Below are positions 13,748 to 26,288 of a stretch of 64,000 nucleotides of DNA, piece by piece. Numbering within the stretch: the first letter of the stretch is position 1; every line of letters starts with the position of its first letter. Made by a program: the position numbers and the translations under genes. The stretch lies in contig OZ037766.1 of assembly GCA_964035545.1 (NCBI GenBank), positions 2,356,001 to 2,420,000 on the forward strand, read 5' to 3'. Under the pieces are notes generated by a model. That model saw only the letters and a list, made by a program, of their open reading frames with translations, searched no databases and was not told the origin of the DNA. This DNA comes from Bugula neritina (Eukaryota > Animalia > Bryozoa).

Positions 13748-13755
13748 CTGCTGCT
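13707..13755. repeat. (CTG)n trinucleotide repeat
   Basis: Direct; produces the poly-Cys ORF 13615-13845. Confidence 0.9.
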
Positions 13756-14244
13756 ACTATACTAGTACTGCTACTAGCATTATTACTGTATACTACATAT
13801 ACTTATACTATAGCAAAATGCTATTTCAGGTTTATTACCTTTTAAAACTATAAGGTTAACTTATTTTAAATAATGATTGAGATTTCAAAAAACATAGAAT
13901 CCATGTAGCCTGAATACTTATAATACAATATTATATTTTTGTACCTTAAAGTAGTATAAAAGTATGACTGATAGAATATATTTAATTTATAAACCGATAA
14001 CTATATAGCTATTTTGAAAATATATCCCATAGCCATAACATAATAACAGAATAAGATGCTTTATAAGTAAATACCATACTTTAACATGCATATAGTATAG
14101 TATTTTATATTAGTACTATAATATTATTTTAAAAGCCCAAAGGCATGGTTATAGCTAAGAATTGGAATAAGCTCCCATTGTCAAAAATTGCGTCTTTCAG
14201 GCCAACGTTTCAAATAGCTTTTGACAACCAAGTCCAACTTTTAG

Positions 14245-14412
14245 CAGGGTCAGAGTCAATTACATATGGATGTAATTAATTACAATTACATTTACATGAA
14301 AATTTGTCAATTACAAATACAATTAAGTATAATTACAGTTAAAATTATTTATATAATTAATTATAATTACGCAATTACATGTTAATGTAATTGTAATTAC
14401 AATTGCAATTAC
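14245..14412 (-). mobile_element. Diverged, longer relative of the MITE at 24436
   Basis: CAGGGTCAGAGTCAATTACATATGGATGTAATTAATTACAATTAC...TTTGTCAATTACAA aligns to the reverse complement of 24566 inward. AATTAC motifs recur to ~14705. Confidence 0.7.
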
Positions 14413-15465
14413 TTTTGTTCTATATAAAAGTTATATATAAAAGTTATATATAATCTCCCTTGCATAGGGTGCAACTACCCAGGGAATTTTGACAGTGGAG
14501 AACCTCCTTTGTTTTCAACAGTGACTAATAGGGTGATATAATACTACATTGAATCAATTCAAACTTTCTATTAGACAGTATAGGCATGGTAGGAAATGTA
14601 TAAAATTTATAAAATTGAAAAGTTTGAAGCAATAGACATGTAATTATAAAGTAAGTGTAAAAGTCAATTACATTAGCTATGTAGTTAATTACAATTACAA
14701 TTGCATAATAATATACATTTTCTGCAGAAAAAATAACTTAAACAATCATGCTTGGAGTTGGTTTGCATGCACTGCTGCAAGCATGGTATAAAAATAATTT
14801 TCTGAAATTTAAATACTATGATTTTAAAATTTAGACAATGTTTTTATTATTTGGTAATATTTGTTTGAATATTATTTTTATCTATTATGTATATTATTAT
14901 TTAGCATTCTTATTTTTTGTTTTTCATAATCAAATAATTTTTTAAAATAATTTTTAACTTAAATGCTGATGCAATTTCATAAAAAAAATTTGTTTAGTTG
15001 CGGAGAAATTAAGATTAAACTGGCGCAATTATATGTCATAAAAGTTAAGCAAAAATATTTTTATGACAGTATTTAGAGTTCAATCTATATTACAGTTGGT
15101 GATAATTTTCAAATTTACACTGATGCCTTAGACTATCTAAGCTAGAAGCACACTGATTTCTTGCAATGCCAAAAGTAAATGCTGCAATTAAAATATAATT
15201 GATCAAAATCTAGTCTGAATAAAATTAACAATTTATTACAAAATCAACAAAAGGCTTCAACAAATAACAGCAGCTAAAACTAGGTCATTCGTATCATCAG
15301 GTTTAACAGAATGTTTGAAAGATTTAACAACAATTCAAAGTATAAAAATAAACGTAGTTGTAACTTTTGCCTTCGTGTGTTAAAAGTTTCAGTCGGTTGG
15401 GGAGGGGATAGAAGTGGTCAGGGTTTGGGATTGTTAGGTTCCTATGAGTTCTCCGAACAAGTATT

Positions 15466-16345
15466 TTAGTACAGAGCTGTAATAATAATGTTTTAGTAAA
15501 ATACTTTGCACAGGGGAAGGTACTGATTTAGATAATATCACTTCTTAAGAATGATTATATAGTATAATATTATATTGCAAATATCCAATTGAAATACCAA
15601 CAGAGCTAAAACAATGCAACCGATAAACCAGATACTAGTTTTTTCACAATATCTTTTGAACTAGGATACTTTTTTACACAATAACAACGCATATTAATGT
15701 TAAAAATTGAAAATCATCTGTCAAACTGTTTGATATTTTATATCGATTAAAGTTATCACTCGATCGTTGGTGCTTTTACCATATACAACTGAAGATCAAG
15801 TCTGAGAAATAGTTGCAGCTCATTGAAGAAAGACAAAATACTTTAAAATTTGTTAAACTCTAGAGAATAGCTCACAACCACTGAGATTATAAACAAATCC
15901 AAACCATATACGGTTTGCCAACATGGTATAATTAATTAGCAATGAGATAGTATGACTTACGTCCAAATCTGTTGTATCCTCGGCCAATCACACTGTGTCT
16001 ATAAACAAATATTATATAATAAATTAATATTTAGTATAAATTATGACATTGTTTTTAGCATCTACAGTATAATGATGAGTTTTGGCAATAGATTTACTGC
16101 ATCAAGTTAAATAACAAAGCATATATTTCAAATCTCAGTTAGTTATACCTGAAACCACCAAATCTTCTGAATCCGCCGAATCTGTTATAGCTGTTGTACA
16201 CGCCGCCAAATCTCCTTCTCACACCAAAGACACCACGGTTGAAACCAACACGGTGGCCAGCGAACCCACGGTTGTAACCAATATGGTTAAATGCGGCAGC
16301 GGCAAGAGCCAAGCAGACAGCAAAGAGTACAGCAATGACCTTCAT
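15466..16345 (-). CDS. Secreted Arg/Gly/Phe-rich peptide 2 (81 aa); exons 16345-16149, 15998-15961, 15476-15466
   Basis: MKVIAVLFAVCLALAAA-AFNHIGYNRGFAGHRVGFNRGVFGVRRRFGGVYNSYNRFGGFRRFGGFRHSVIGRGYNRFGPLY*. The 38-nt middle exon (TTTATAG acceptor, GTAAGT donor) encodes the family motif GRGYNRFG. The choice of last exon is less certain. The unspliced form is the 68-aa ORF 16139-16345. Confidence 0.85.
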
Positions 16346-16569
16346 GATGAGAGAATTGGAGTTCTAAATATAAATAATATTTTCACCTAATTATATAAAT
16401 ACATAAAACATAAGATAAAAAGGTTGTAGACCAATTGCAAATAATAATAGATGCAACTATTGCTTTTTTTACATAAACAAGTTTTATGGTGAAGCAATTA
16501 TAAAGAAAATATTTCAGTAAAACTAAAATATAAGAAAATAAAAACAAATGTAAAGCCGGTAATACTTAC

Positions 16570-16644
16570 GTTGATAACTGGAGTAGTTATGTTGATGCTA
16601 TTCTGTAGAATATGACTTTCAAGTTGCTCTCCTTCCCTTTTATA
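16570..16644 (-). promoter_or_regulatory. Core promoter and non-coding first exon of peptide gene 2
   Basis: Minus-strand TATAAAA at 16644-16638, donor GTAAGT from 16569, acceptor TTTAG ending at 16364. Confidence 0.65.
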
Positions 16645-17239
16645 CTATTCGGAGATTGCTAATGGAGTTTGAAAGTTATTAATACTGATTAATTAGACTT
16701 CTACACCGGCATGTATACCTGATCATTATAGCCACCATGTTGAACTTAACGTATATTATAAGTTTTAATTAGCATACATATTAGGATGGTTATAGTATGC
16801 TTTAAAGATGCTTTTCAATCTATTCATAGAAACTGCTATATAACAACTTTTTATAATCTAAACTATTTTCAGGAGTCTGCATGAGACAAAATTGTGTAAC
16901 TCGGTTAAGTTGCGTTTATGGGAATGTATTGCACTTGTCGAGATTAAGTAATCTGTAAGCTGAAAAAGTTTCACTATAATTATATGTGTACATGTCAAAA
17001 AGCAGACTTGAAATATAACAGAAAGGAAGGCACAGCTTTGTACCTTGTCATAAAGTATTTTATTATAGCTTCTTCTGCATTATTACTATAATTATTCCAA
17101 CTTATTCAAACTTCTTAAGCATATTACTAAAAATACACTAATTCATATATATATAAGTGAGATTTTTAACTAAAGAGAAGAATTGATGAGTTAAGTGTAA
17201 ATGTACTTAAGATTATTTATCTAAATAAAAAAATCTTAA

Positions 17240-17442
17240 GCAAGTTTATAGTCACTATCCCTGTGAGAAACCCCTGATGGAAAGGGTTTTTTGTTGAAGT
17301 GGGCTAAGGACTTATTTAAATAAGGCGCAAGAGCAATTATGACTGGATGCTCTTACTAACATCACCAATGGCCTTTGTCAGGGCTCGAGCCCATGACCTC
17401 GTGTTTACTAAGCAAACCAACCCCTAGACCACAGCTGCTCCC
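17240..17442 (-). mobile_element. tRNA-derived SINE, copy A
   Basis: A-box-like TGGTCTAGGGG and B-box-like GGCTCGAGCC; aligns over ~200 bp with 33765-33966. Confidence 0.8.
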
Positions 17443-20400
17443 TCACATTTACAAAATGTGTTTATCCAAATACATTTTGTACATGTAACAGCGGCAGTAA
17501 GTTAGATCAGGTTTTCTGTTTGATTAAAATAATTAATTTAACTTGGGGCAATATTGTACATACAACTATCAATTTTATTATAACCACAACTTGAAGCAAT
17601 TCCTTTTTAGCTCAACACCTTTCTCATGCATTACACTATTTTAGGAATTTTTTAAAAGATTGCAAACTAATTTGACACAGGCAAATTATACATGACTCAT
17701 AGTGGCTAGCTGCTGCATTTTATCAAAACCTCCTTTATAAATGTTCAATAAGCTAAATTGAATATATATGTCTAGAAATCTTAAACTTTAAAATTTGTTG
17801 GCCAGAAATGAAAGTAATTATATTATAGCTCTAGTATAACAGTAATGCAGTTACATTCTTTTGTCTGGCACAGCATTATCTTAAATGTTGAAATATTTAT
17901 CAATGTAGAGAAAACTGTAGCCCAGTGTGTATAGGAAAGCCTGAACCTTATTGCATCTAGTAGGCTATATAGTTGAACCTTGACCCTCAGCATTATCAGC
18001 TAGTGAAAAGAGAAACTCTGGTTAAATTCTTTATTAGAAGTTTTCCTGAGCTTTTTGTAAGCTGCTGTAAAGCTGCAAGACCTTTGTGTTTAGCAATTGT
18101 AGGTAAAGCAAAGTTTCGGAAACTCCGGTAAGACTTCTTTCAAGTAATAAATTGATGTCTATCAAAAAAATCAAATTAATCAGATGCGTATAAATGCTAA
18201 TATGTATGTTAATTAGTATATATGAAATGTTATAAAATAGAGTGATAAAAAATAAACCACTTCTGAAACTATTTAGGAAATAAGGAAAGCAATCAAATGC
18301 TAAATAATTAAATTGTAAATACTTCATTCAACAGAAGATATTTCAACACTGCCTGTTGTGCCAGCTGTACCCTTGTACCAAATACCATGCTTTCGTGCCA
18401 CATTATGCCTACCACCTCCGCTAGTGTCCAAATTTCTAATTAATTATGGTAATTGCATAACATGCATATATAATTAAGGACATAGTAATTCAATTTACAC
18501 AGTTTTTTGTACAATTTAGCCATCAATCTAGATTTAAGTAGGAAATAGTAAAGCAAACTTCCAATGGTTGCTGAATCATTTCTATTTCCTAGTTTAAGTC
18601 AAGTACAAACAAAAACTTTAAAGCTTGTTTTGGCAATACTCAAGCGCTTCAGAACTGGCATAGCTTATGGTGCAGGTGCTATGACGCTGTAGCCTATGCT
18701 GCATATTGTACTAAGAAGCCATTGAAGGCACAGAAGCTATTCAAACTGTGTCCTATCAGTTTATTTCTGCTTTCATAACTTGTATAAAATAAAATACTTT
18801 ATACTTAATGTATAGGTGTGTGTAATTAATTGACAAACCAAAGGGAACAAGTTAGAAAAAATATATTTATATATAAACAGTAGTGTTAGTAGCAAAATAT
18901 GGTGGTCACTATGTTATTATACAGATAATAATTTATATGCATATGCACATGCACGGTGTCCTTATATTATAAGCTTGGAGTACAGTATGTATGGGTATCT
19001 AACTTCTTGGGTCGTTTATACAGAGCTCAGTAAAAGTCATTTTAATTGAGAAAATAACAAATAACAGCAATTAAAGAAAGGGTGCTGCAGACAGATTATA
19101 ATAAATTCAGAGATAATATTATTATAACTATATTATACATTTGGCTATTGGTGGGCAAATAATATTATGTTGAATGCTAAACACTAAAACGGAGTTTTGT
19201 TTTAAACCATGGTGCACATTCACTGTAGATATAGCCCTAAAGCATCAACATAGCTAGGTATATGGCACAGGTAGGGCAAAATTGACAGTCATCCTAACCA
19301 CAATGGTTATATAACCACATGTTGAGTATAAGTCAACAAAAAGTAGTGGCAATATTTTGAGAAAGAAACACAAAGTTGGTGAGGTCACCAAGTGCAATGT
19401 TTGGGGAAAATAATGCCTATACAATGTACTCAATGTTCCAGAAGTTTGCGCTGCTTCTATAATTTTTCCACAAAACAGTTGAATCACATCAGCTACAACT
19501 TGCAATGCTTTAAGAAAGGAGCTGCTGTTGACGCAATAGAAGCCCATGATCATTTACACAAGACTGCTAAAAGTATTTTTAGTTAATTGTATATTTTAAA
19601 AATTCATTTCTAACACGAGTCATTTATCTCAAAGTTGAAATTAGAAAACCACTTCCAATTTGCAAAAAAAATTAAACTGCATTACATAATTTTTTTCCAT
19701 AAAAATTCAAATTATTCAGATTAATAATTAATCAGATTAAAACCAGCTACAGGTACAATTAAATTAACTAATACATAAATAAATAATATAAAAATGAACA
19801 TAATAATTATAATTTAATTGAAAGTTAAAGTTTGAATAAATTTATTAAGCTTCTTTTTAAGTGTACCTTTTTTGAGAGTGTTATGTAATTTTTATTTTAA
19901 GTATAGAGATTTCAACTCCATGGAAACAAGCAAACCATTTCTCATTTAATTATAGCAGCCATTGCTTTCGTATGCTTCAGATTTTGCTTTTCTTCAATTT
20001 TCTTTGATTATATTATCTTTAGAACTTCACGTGCTCTTTAATAACTTCCATAAATTATATTTGAAGCTATTAAACAACATGTTTGAACAGCTGTCCTTAA
20101 AGTTATTAATTAGTTCCTTATCATGAAATTAGCAATTAATTTTGCAGAGTTTAAATGTTGATTTGGTAGCAATTAATAAAGATAAATTATTCAGCAATTT
20201 TAGACTATGGTAGATTTACCCACTTGAAGTGTGTCAATTAGACTACAAACCACTTGTGAGTCACCCAAAGTAAAAAATAAGTTTCGGAAATCTTACCAAT
20301 TATTTGTGTATCAAAACATGCAGTGGTCTTTCTATAGCTTTAACTCACATATTATATATACACTAAGTCGCAAAATATTATGCTTTCTCTAAAAGTGCTT

Positions 20401-22229
20401 TTAATCATAACTTTTGCTTTAGCTTTCAACCAGGCATTTTTAAAGATGTTGAAGCTTATACCATATGAATAAAATTTTAAGCTTAAAGTAGAACTTAGAC
20501 AGTTAGCTTAATAAATCCCTTTAGAAAGTTTAATCTTTTCAACTGAATGATATAAAATTAAAATATTATAGATCTTCAAAACTCACCCACAGTTATATAT
20601 CACTATAGAATTTTAACAATAATATATATGATATATGTACAAGATAAGTAATTTGGGAATATAATGATGTAAGTAATACAAATAACCTGTTGAGATATTC
20701 TTTTATTCACAATATATAAAAATATTTTTTGATATTTCGAGACAAATAGAAACATATAATACACTATAATTAACTCAATACTCTACTTCTAGTGTGCAAC
20801 TGAATTTAAAAAAGTGCATAATCAACATTTACGTTTTGATTTAATGAGATTGAAACAAACAGGATGCACCTTCATACCAATGCTAATCGATTCCTTTCCA
20901 TAATCAGTTTTTTCAGGTATATGCATGTTTTCAGCTTTCATTTAAGTTTGCAAGTAAAAAAGTTTATTCAATTACTTTATAGTTTTAAGAATTTTAATTT
21001 ATATAGTTATTGCAACTTACCCACTGTTCGATTTCTAAAGTATTTTTACTACTATATTATAGGTAGCATATATAAGCCATAATAACTTGCACATGGTTAT
21101 AGGACTATAATAGTATAATATGTTAAGCCAAGTTTACCTTGTTCTGTATTTCTGCAAGTGTTTTAACAACAACCAATGGCTGTTTCGCCAATTATGCAAT
21201 ATTTTCTTGTTTTCTTATATATATTAGGTACCAGTCTGTGTCAAAGTGTGCCATCGGTTCATAAATAATCTCCTGAAATATTTGTTATGTACAGGAGTAT
21301 GTTAATCTGAAATGACCACAGAAAGATATTTTTAGGCCTTTGAAAGACTTTTTGTGAGTGCATATTTTTATCAAAATTGTTTTAATTAGTTTTTGTACTA
21401 TTGTAAACCAAAAATATTACAACGAATTATCAATCAGTAAAAACCTATATTATTACAGTCTATGTGAGGCGTTCACTTAATGCAAGCGTAGCTTTTGAAA
21501 GCTAAAATTCACAGTTGGTATTGTGAGGTTACTTAGTCTAGGCTGTGTTTACCTAATAGATTTTTAGCTCTTGACTTTGTTTAAACAGCATTTATACTAG
21601 AGTTGCTATCACAGGCAAATTCCCATTTCTATAGAAAAAAGTGAGTTGTCACCATGGTTACATGATACACATTATAGTAGTCCTGTACACCTAATTTCTT
21701 TGGTTAATAATATTAGAATATATACAAACTTAAATCAAGTCATTTATATTATATATTTGCATTTCAGCTAAATTTTAAATAATGTAAGATATTTTGTTAT
21801 GTTTAGCTTGTGACTTAAGTATGATGCACCTTTTTTCCAAATTGGTATTTTTAACAAAAATATTTATAAAAACATTTCCCTTTATTTTAAATGTTATAGT
21901 AATCAATTTAGGTTATTTTTGAACTTGTATAAGGCTTTACCAGCTTTCAAATATTATATTTTTGAAAATTGTAGCAGCTATATAAAAAGATAGACCTGTA
22001 GCCTGTTTAATAAATAAATGAAATGTAAAATGAATTGGATTTAGTTTTGATCTTTTTGCATTTTTAGTAAAGGTTGAACTATTGAACTTAGTAAAAATTC
22101 TAGAACAGAAATACTCTGCATAATAATTATAATTAATCTATATAATGACCCATTAGCAGTTTTTGTTGTTGCATAATGCAAGTCATACTGGAAACAGATA
22201 AGGAGATGATTAATTATAGTGCAGACTAG

Positions 22230-22312
22230 TATATAAAGAAGTGGTAGATCTATTACCAAGCAGACTCTGTTTGTAACTGCTTCTGTTCATTCACCAACCG
22301 TTACATTTAAAG
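22230..22312 (+). promoter_or_regulatory. Core promoter and non-coding first exon of peptide gene 3
   Basis: TATATAAA at 22230-22237, CAGACT at 22261, donor GTAAAG at 22313, acceptor TTTGTAG ending at 22640. Confidence 0.65.
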
Positions 22313-22658
22313 GTAAAGTTTATTACAATTTATATTTTACATACATCGATTGTAAGAAATTACTTCTTTTAATTTGCTTTTAAATAGTCGAACTTTATTT
22401 GACTTTTAAAACTATAATTTCTCTTGGCTTGCATGCAGTAGCCTTTTTAGTTTTGATATTTGCAGTTCAAAGTTGAAAAACTACATGCATTGAAAAAAAG
22501 TTTTTTTTAGCTATTTGTTGTAATTTCAAAGTCACTCTAAAGTTTAAAATCAAATTGATAATTGTTCTCTAGTAAAGAGTTATATACAATAGAAAATGTA
22601 ATGATTGAAAATACAACAGATCATGCATATGTTTTTGTAGGATTCCAATTCTCTCATC

Positions 22659-23534
22659 ATGAAGGTCATTGCTGTACTCTTTGCTGTCTGCTTGGCTCTT
22701 GTCGCTGCCCAATACACCCGAGGCTATGCCAACCACAATGTTGGTTACAACAGATACCCTTATGGTGGAGGAAGGTCGTACAATAACGTGCACAGAAGGA
22801 GATTTGTTGGCCGCAGGTGGGTTTTACAAAATAATTATAATATTATATAATTCAACCAAAATTTAAAGTATTCACCAATAAGTTGTTTGCATAAATTTAT
22901 CAAGTTATATAACCCCTTTTTAATAACAGAGCTTTAAGCGTATATGATTGATTGTTATATGCACTTTAATTTAGGTAAATCAATGGGTTTTTTTTCAGAC
23001 GACCTTACGGCAGATCTTACAACAGATCTTACAACAGATCTTACAACAGATCTTACAACAGATATTCAGGTAGGTTATTTTACAACTAATGATCAAATGC
23101 TTTGACCTAATTAGACTAATGGGTGATTATGACATCTCATCAACTGCATTCAATAATGCTGTTAGAAAAATGTCTTGTTGCTTTTACCAGCTCAACGTAT
23201 TCTGTATTCAACTTGTTTTATCTTGAATAGATGATTTTATACATATTATTTTATCAACATTTAAAACATGATGGCTACAAAATAAGCCTACTGGAGTTGA
23301 GTCGCAGTTAAATGTTCACGTATAGTTTAAGGTTTTGCAAAATTGCTGAAGGCAGATCATTTCTGTATAAGTGTTTCTTATTTCATTCTTGAAGCACCAC
23401 AGTTTAGGATTTGTTTATACCATTATAATATTGTTACAATCTTTGAGATTATTCATTATCTATATGCAATTTTCTATTGACTCTCAGTTATTATTAACCA
23501 TGTTACTCTTTATATAGGATCAAACTACTACTAA
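22659..23534 (+). CDS. Secreted Arg/Tyr/Asn/Gly-rich peptide 3 (81 aa); exons 22659-22816, 22999-23069, 23518-23534
   Basis: MKVIAVLFAVCLALVAA-QYTRGYANHNVGYNRYPYGGGRSYNNVHRRRFVGRRRPYGRSYNRSYNRSYNRSYNRYSGSNYY*. GT-AG introns in phases 2 and 1; 246 nt in frame. Confidence 0.87.
23012..23062 (+). repeat. Coding 12-nt tandem repeat (AGATCTTACAAC)x4 = (RSYN)4
   Basis: Four perfect copies inside the middle exon of peptide gene 3. Confidence 0.95.
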
Positions 23535-24435
23535 GACCAGCCTACGCCCACAAAACACTTTCGAGGATCGAGCAGCTATAATATATCAAGTAACACTTTC
23601 GAGATTTTACAAGAACATAAATAACCTAAAATGGCAGCCAACATAGATGAACTTTATAAGTAAATCCAGTTTCTCAATGCTACCCAGTTAGTAGCATAAA
23701 ACATCTTAGCGAATTGGTTTCTTTTTGATGTGTTTATATTGAAACTAGATTTATGTTATATTTTTGTCGTTTTACTACAATTTGTTAATTTTACTGATTT
23801 CATAATAAAAAGTGCATTCATGATAAACTGTCTAAAGTAAAGTTATGTATTCTGATAAAGCTTTATTGAGTGAGTATATAAAATCTACTTTCAACATGCA
23901 GCTGAATAAGTACGTGTCTCTAAAATGTTAACAATAATCAAGCACAAGAGCTCGGAGATTAGCTAAATATCTAAGTACTCAAAAAAATACATATTCGGGT
24001 AAATTTTGATGCAACATGCTTTTATAGCACTTGAAAAGAAAAAATCTTGCATGAAAACGATCTTACTATATGTTGGAGTGATTAAGCTTCTTTTAATGTA
24101 ATAAGCAAGCTTCGTTTCTAAAATTTGCCTAGTAATATAGGCTGAGTCTACAAAATATAATAGTTTAAATGCATAAAACAAGTAGCCTAATATTCTGCTA
24201 TAAATAAAAAGTATTTGTTTCAGAATGTGCCTTGCTAAGTATATCTGCTATAACATTGCCGCGCACCAGCATACTATGAGTTATTCAGCATTTCTAATCC
24301 ACATGTATTTGACTATTATTGCAAATTCATCAGAGTTTAGAGTTGTTTTACCTTGCACAAGCTGATCCATAAAAGCTTGCAGCATAACAACATTTGACCA
24401 AATGAAGATACAGCTTTATTGCTGTAACAAGCAAC

Positions 24436-24566
24436 CAGGGTTGGGGTAATTGTAATTGTAATTAATTACATTTATATATCAACTGTAATTATAATTGTAA
24501 TTGACAAATTCTCATGCAATTGTAATTGTAATTAATTACATTAATATGTAATTGACCCCAACCCTG
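24436..24566. mobile_element. hAT-type MITE (131 bp)
   Basis: TIRs CAGGGTTGGGGT / ACCCCAACCCTG; 8-bp TSD CAAGCAAC / CCAGCAAC (one mismatch); internal GTAATT repeats. Confidence 0.85.
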
Positions 24567-26217
24567 CCAGCAACACAATTATAATTACCAAATCAAATAT
24601 TTTATATTTTTACAAATGATAGCTCCTTAAGCAGAAACTACGTTACAGTTAGTATGTAGCAGGGAATGGAGTTGTCTTTTCTCTAAATACCAGGAATCAA
24701 AATGGAAGGCTACATCTGAGATATTGTATGAACACCATTGGTCATTTAAATTTTACACTCTGTCTTTATACAAATAGAATATTTGTATATTTTTCATGGG
24801 CTAAGTGAGTATAGACCTATATATGTAAAGGCATTGTTACAAAGCCATGCACTTCTCCGACATAATTAAATTGGTTTGAAAAAAAGAAATTAATTTTACA
24901 TTGACACTTAATGCACTAGCATGTATGAGGTGCCATATTCAATACAAATATCAATATATATTTGTTTATTTATTTATAAATTATTTTTTATCCAAGGCGC
25001 ATGGCCCAATAGCGATTCTGAAGTATCTAACTTGTTCTCATTCAATAAATAATTGAGTATAACTGTAAACTATGCTCTATATTATTAGAATCCCTGCAAG
25101 GCACATCACATTTATGCAGCCTATCAAATTATTCAAAGAGATTTTTCTGTCATTTCATAATTTTTTGTTATTGTCGAAAAACTTATTGCACTGATTCTAT
25201 ATTTATACTGATATATAATTCTATAATATAAAATATGGATCACAATAATTATATGTCGACAATATATTCATAAACTTATATATAACGTTATAACCAAATT
25301 ATGCACCCTGTACTTTTATATTATAGCAAAAGGGTATAAAGATAGCACTGCACAGATATTTATGCTGTAAAATGCTTAAAAATACAAAATGTTCTACATA
25401 TTAGAAGAAAGTTAAATATGGCCATTGGCATGTGCATTATATAATATTTTCTCTCTGTTTGATAATAAAATCTCAACTTCACTGCACCATGCAATAAGTA
25501 ATATATTATGGGGTTTAGCTAACCTTATATTCATGAAAATCATTCACTTGAGAACAGGCACTAAGCAGTCTTTCTATCAATAGGATTTAAACGAACACTA
25601 TTTACAGCCTGCCACTCAAATATTTGATTTGTTTCTTTTACAAATCAAATGAGAACAACGTTGCTAGCTATGCATGGATTGATGCAGCGATGAATAAAGT
25701 ATGCACATGCTATTGTAACCAGAATAAAAAAAAGCTGTATGCAACAATAGATTTTTTGTTCGCAATCAAAAGAATGAGCAAATATTTGATTGTATACGTA
25801 GTGCAAGCTGAAGCCTAGTAAAAGAAAGACTGGCTTGTTAGCTGCATGAGCTGTATATTTTCATCTTAACAGAGTTCTTACTGCAAAATATAACTTGCAG
25901 CATAAAGTGTAGCTGGAGATATGAAATATCATAAGGTAAAAATCAAATTTCTAAACATTATATTGTGTATCTAATATTATTATGATAAATATGACTAGTT
26001 GCATTAATTTCATATATATATGTTTTGCATCTTCGATATAAATTATAACAGAGAAAAAATTCAATTTGTATCTGCCATATAAATACTATTTCTGAAAGAC
26101 TTTGTTTGAATTTGAAAGGACATATAATACGTGAGTGCTCGTAAATTATATATATACAGTTAATCCATATCTTAAAGAATTACTGAAACACTCCAGCTAT
26201 ATGCAGTGTAAAATAGT

Positions 26218-26288
26218 TGCTCCTACTGGGAATCGAACCCGAGACCTTTGACTTGCAAGCAATTGTGCTACCATTACACCACGAAAGC
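26218..26288 (-). pseudogene. tRNA-like sequence (pseudogene or SINE head; GCA at the anticodon position)
   Basis: TGGTGTAATGG A box and GGTTCGATTCC B box with tRNA spacing, but mismatches in the acceptor, anticodon and T stems. Confidence 0.65.

Noticed and set aside
13615-13845. Poly-Cys ORF
   Set aside because: CTG microsatellite; no gene structure.
15961-16345. Repeated RFG motifs suggesting an RFamide neuropeptide precursor
   Set aside because: The RFG motifs are followed by G, F or P rather than K/R cleavage sites, and there are no acidic spacers.
26218-26288. Functional tRNA-Cys gene
   Set aside because: Anticodon, acceptor and T stems have mismatches; kept only as tRNA-like.
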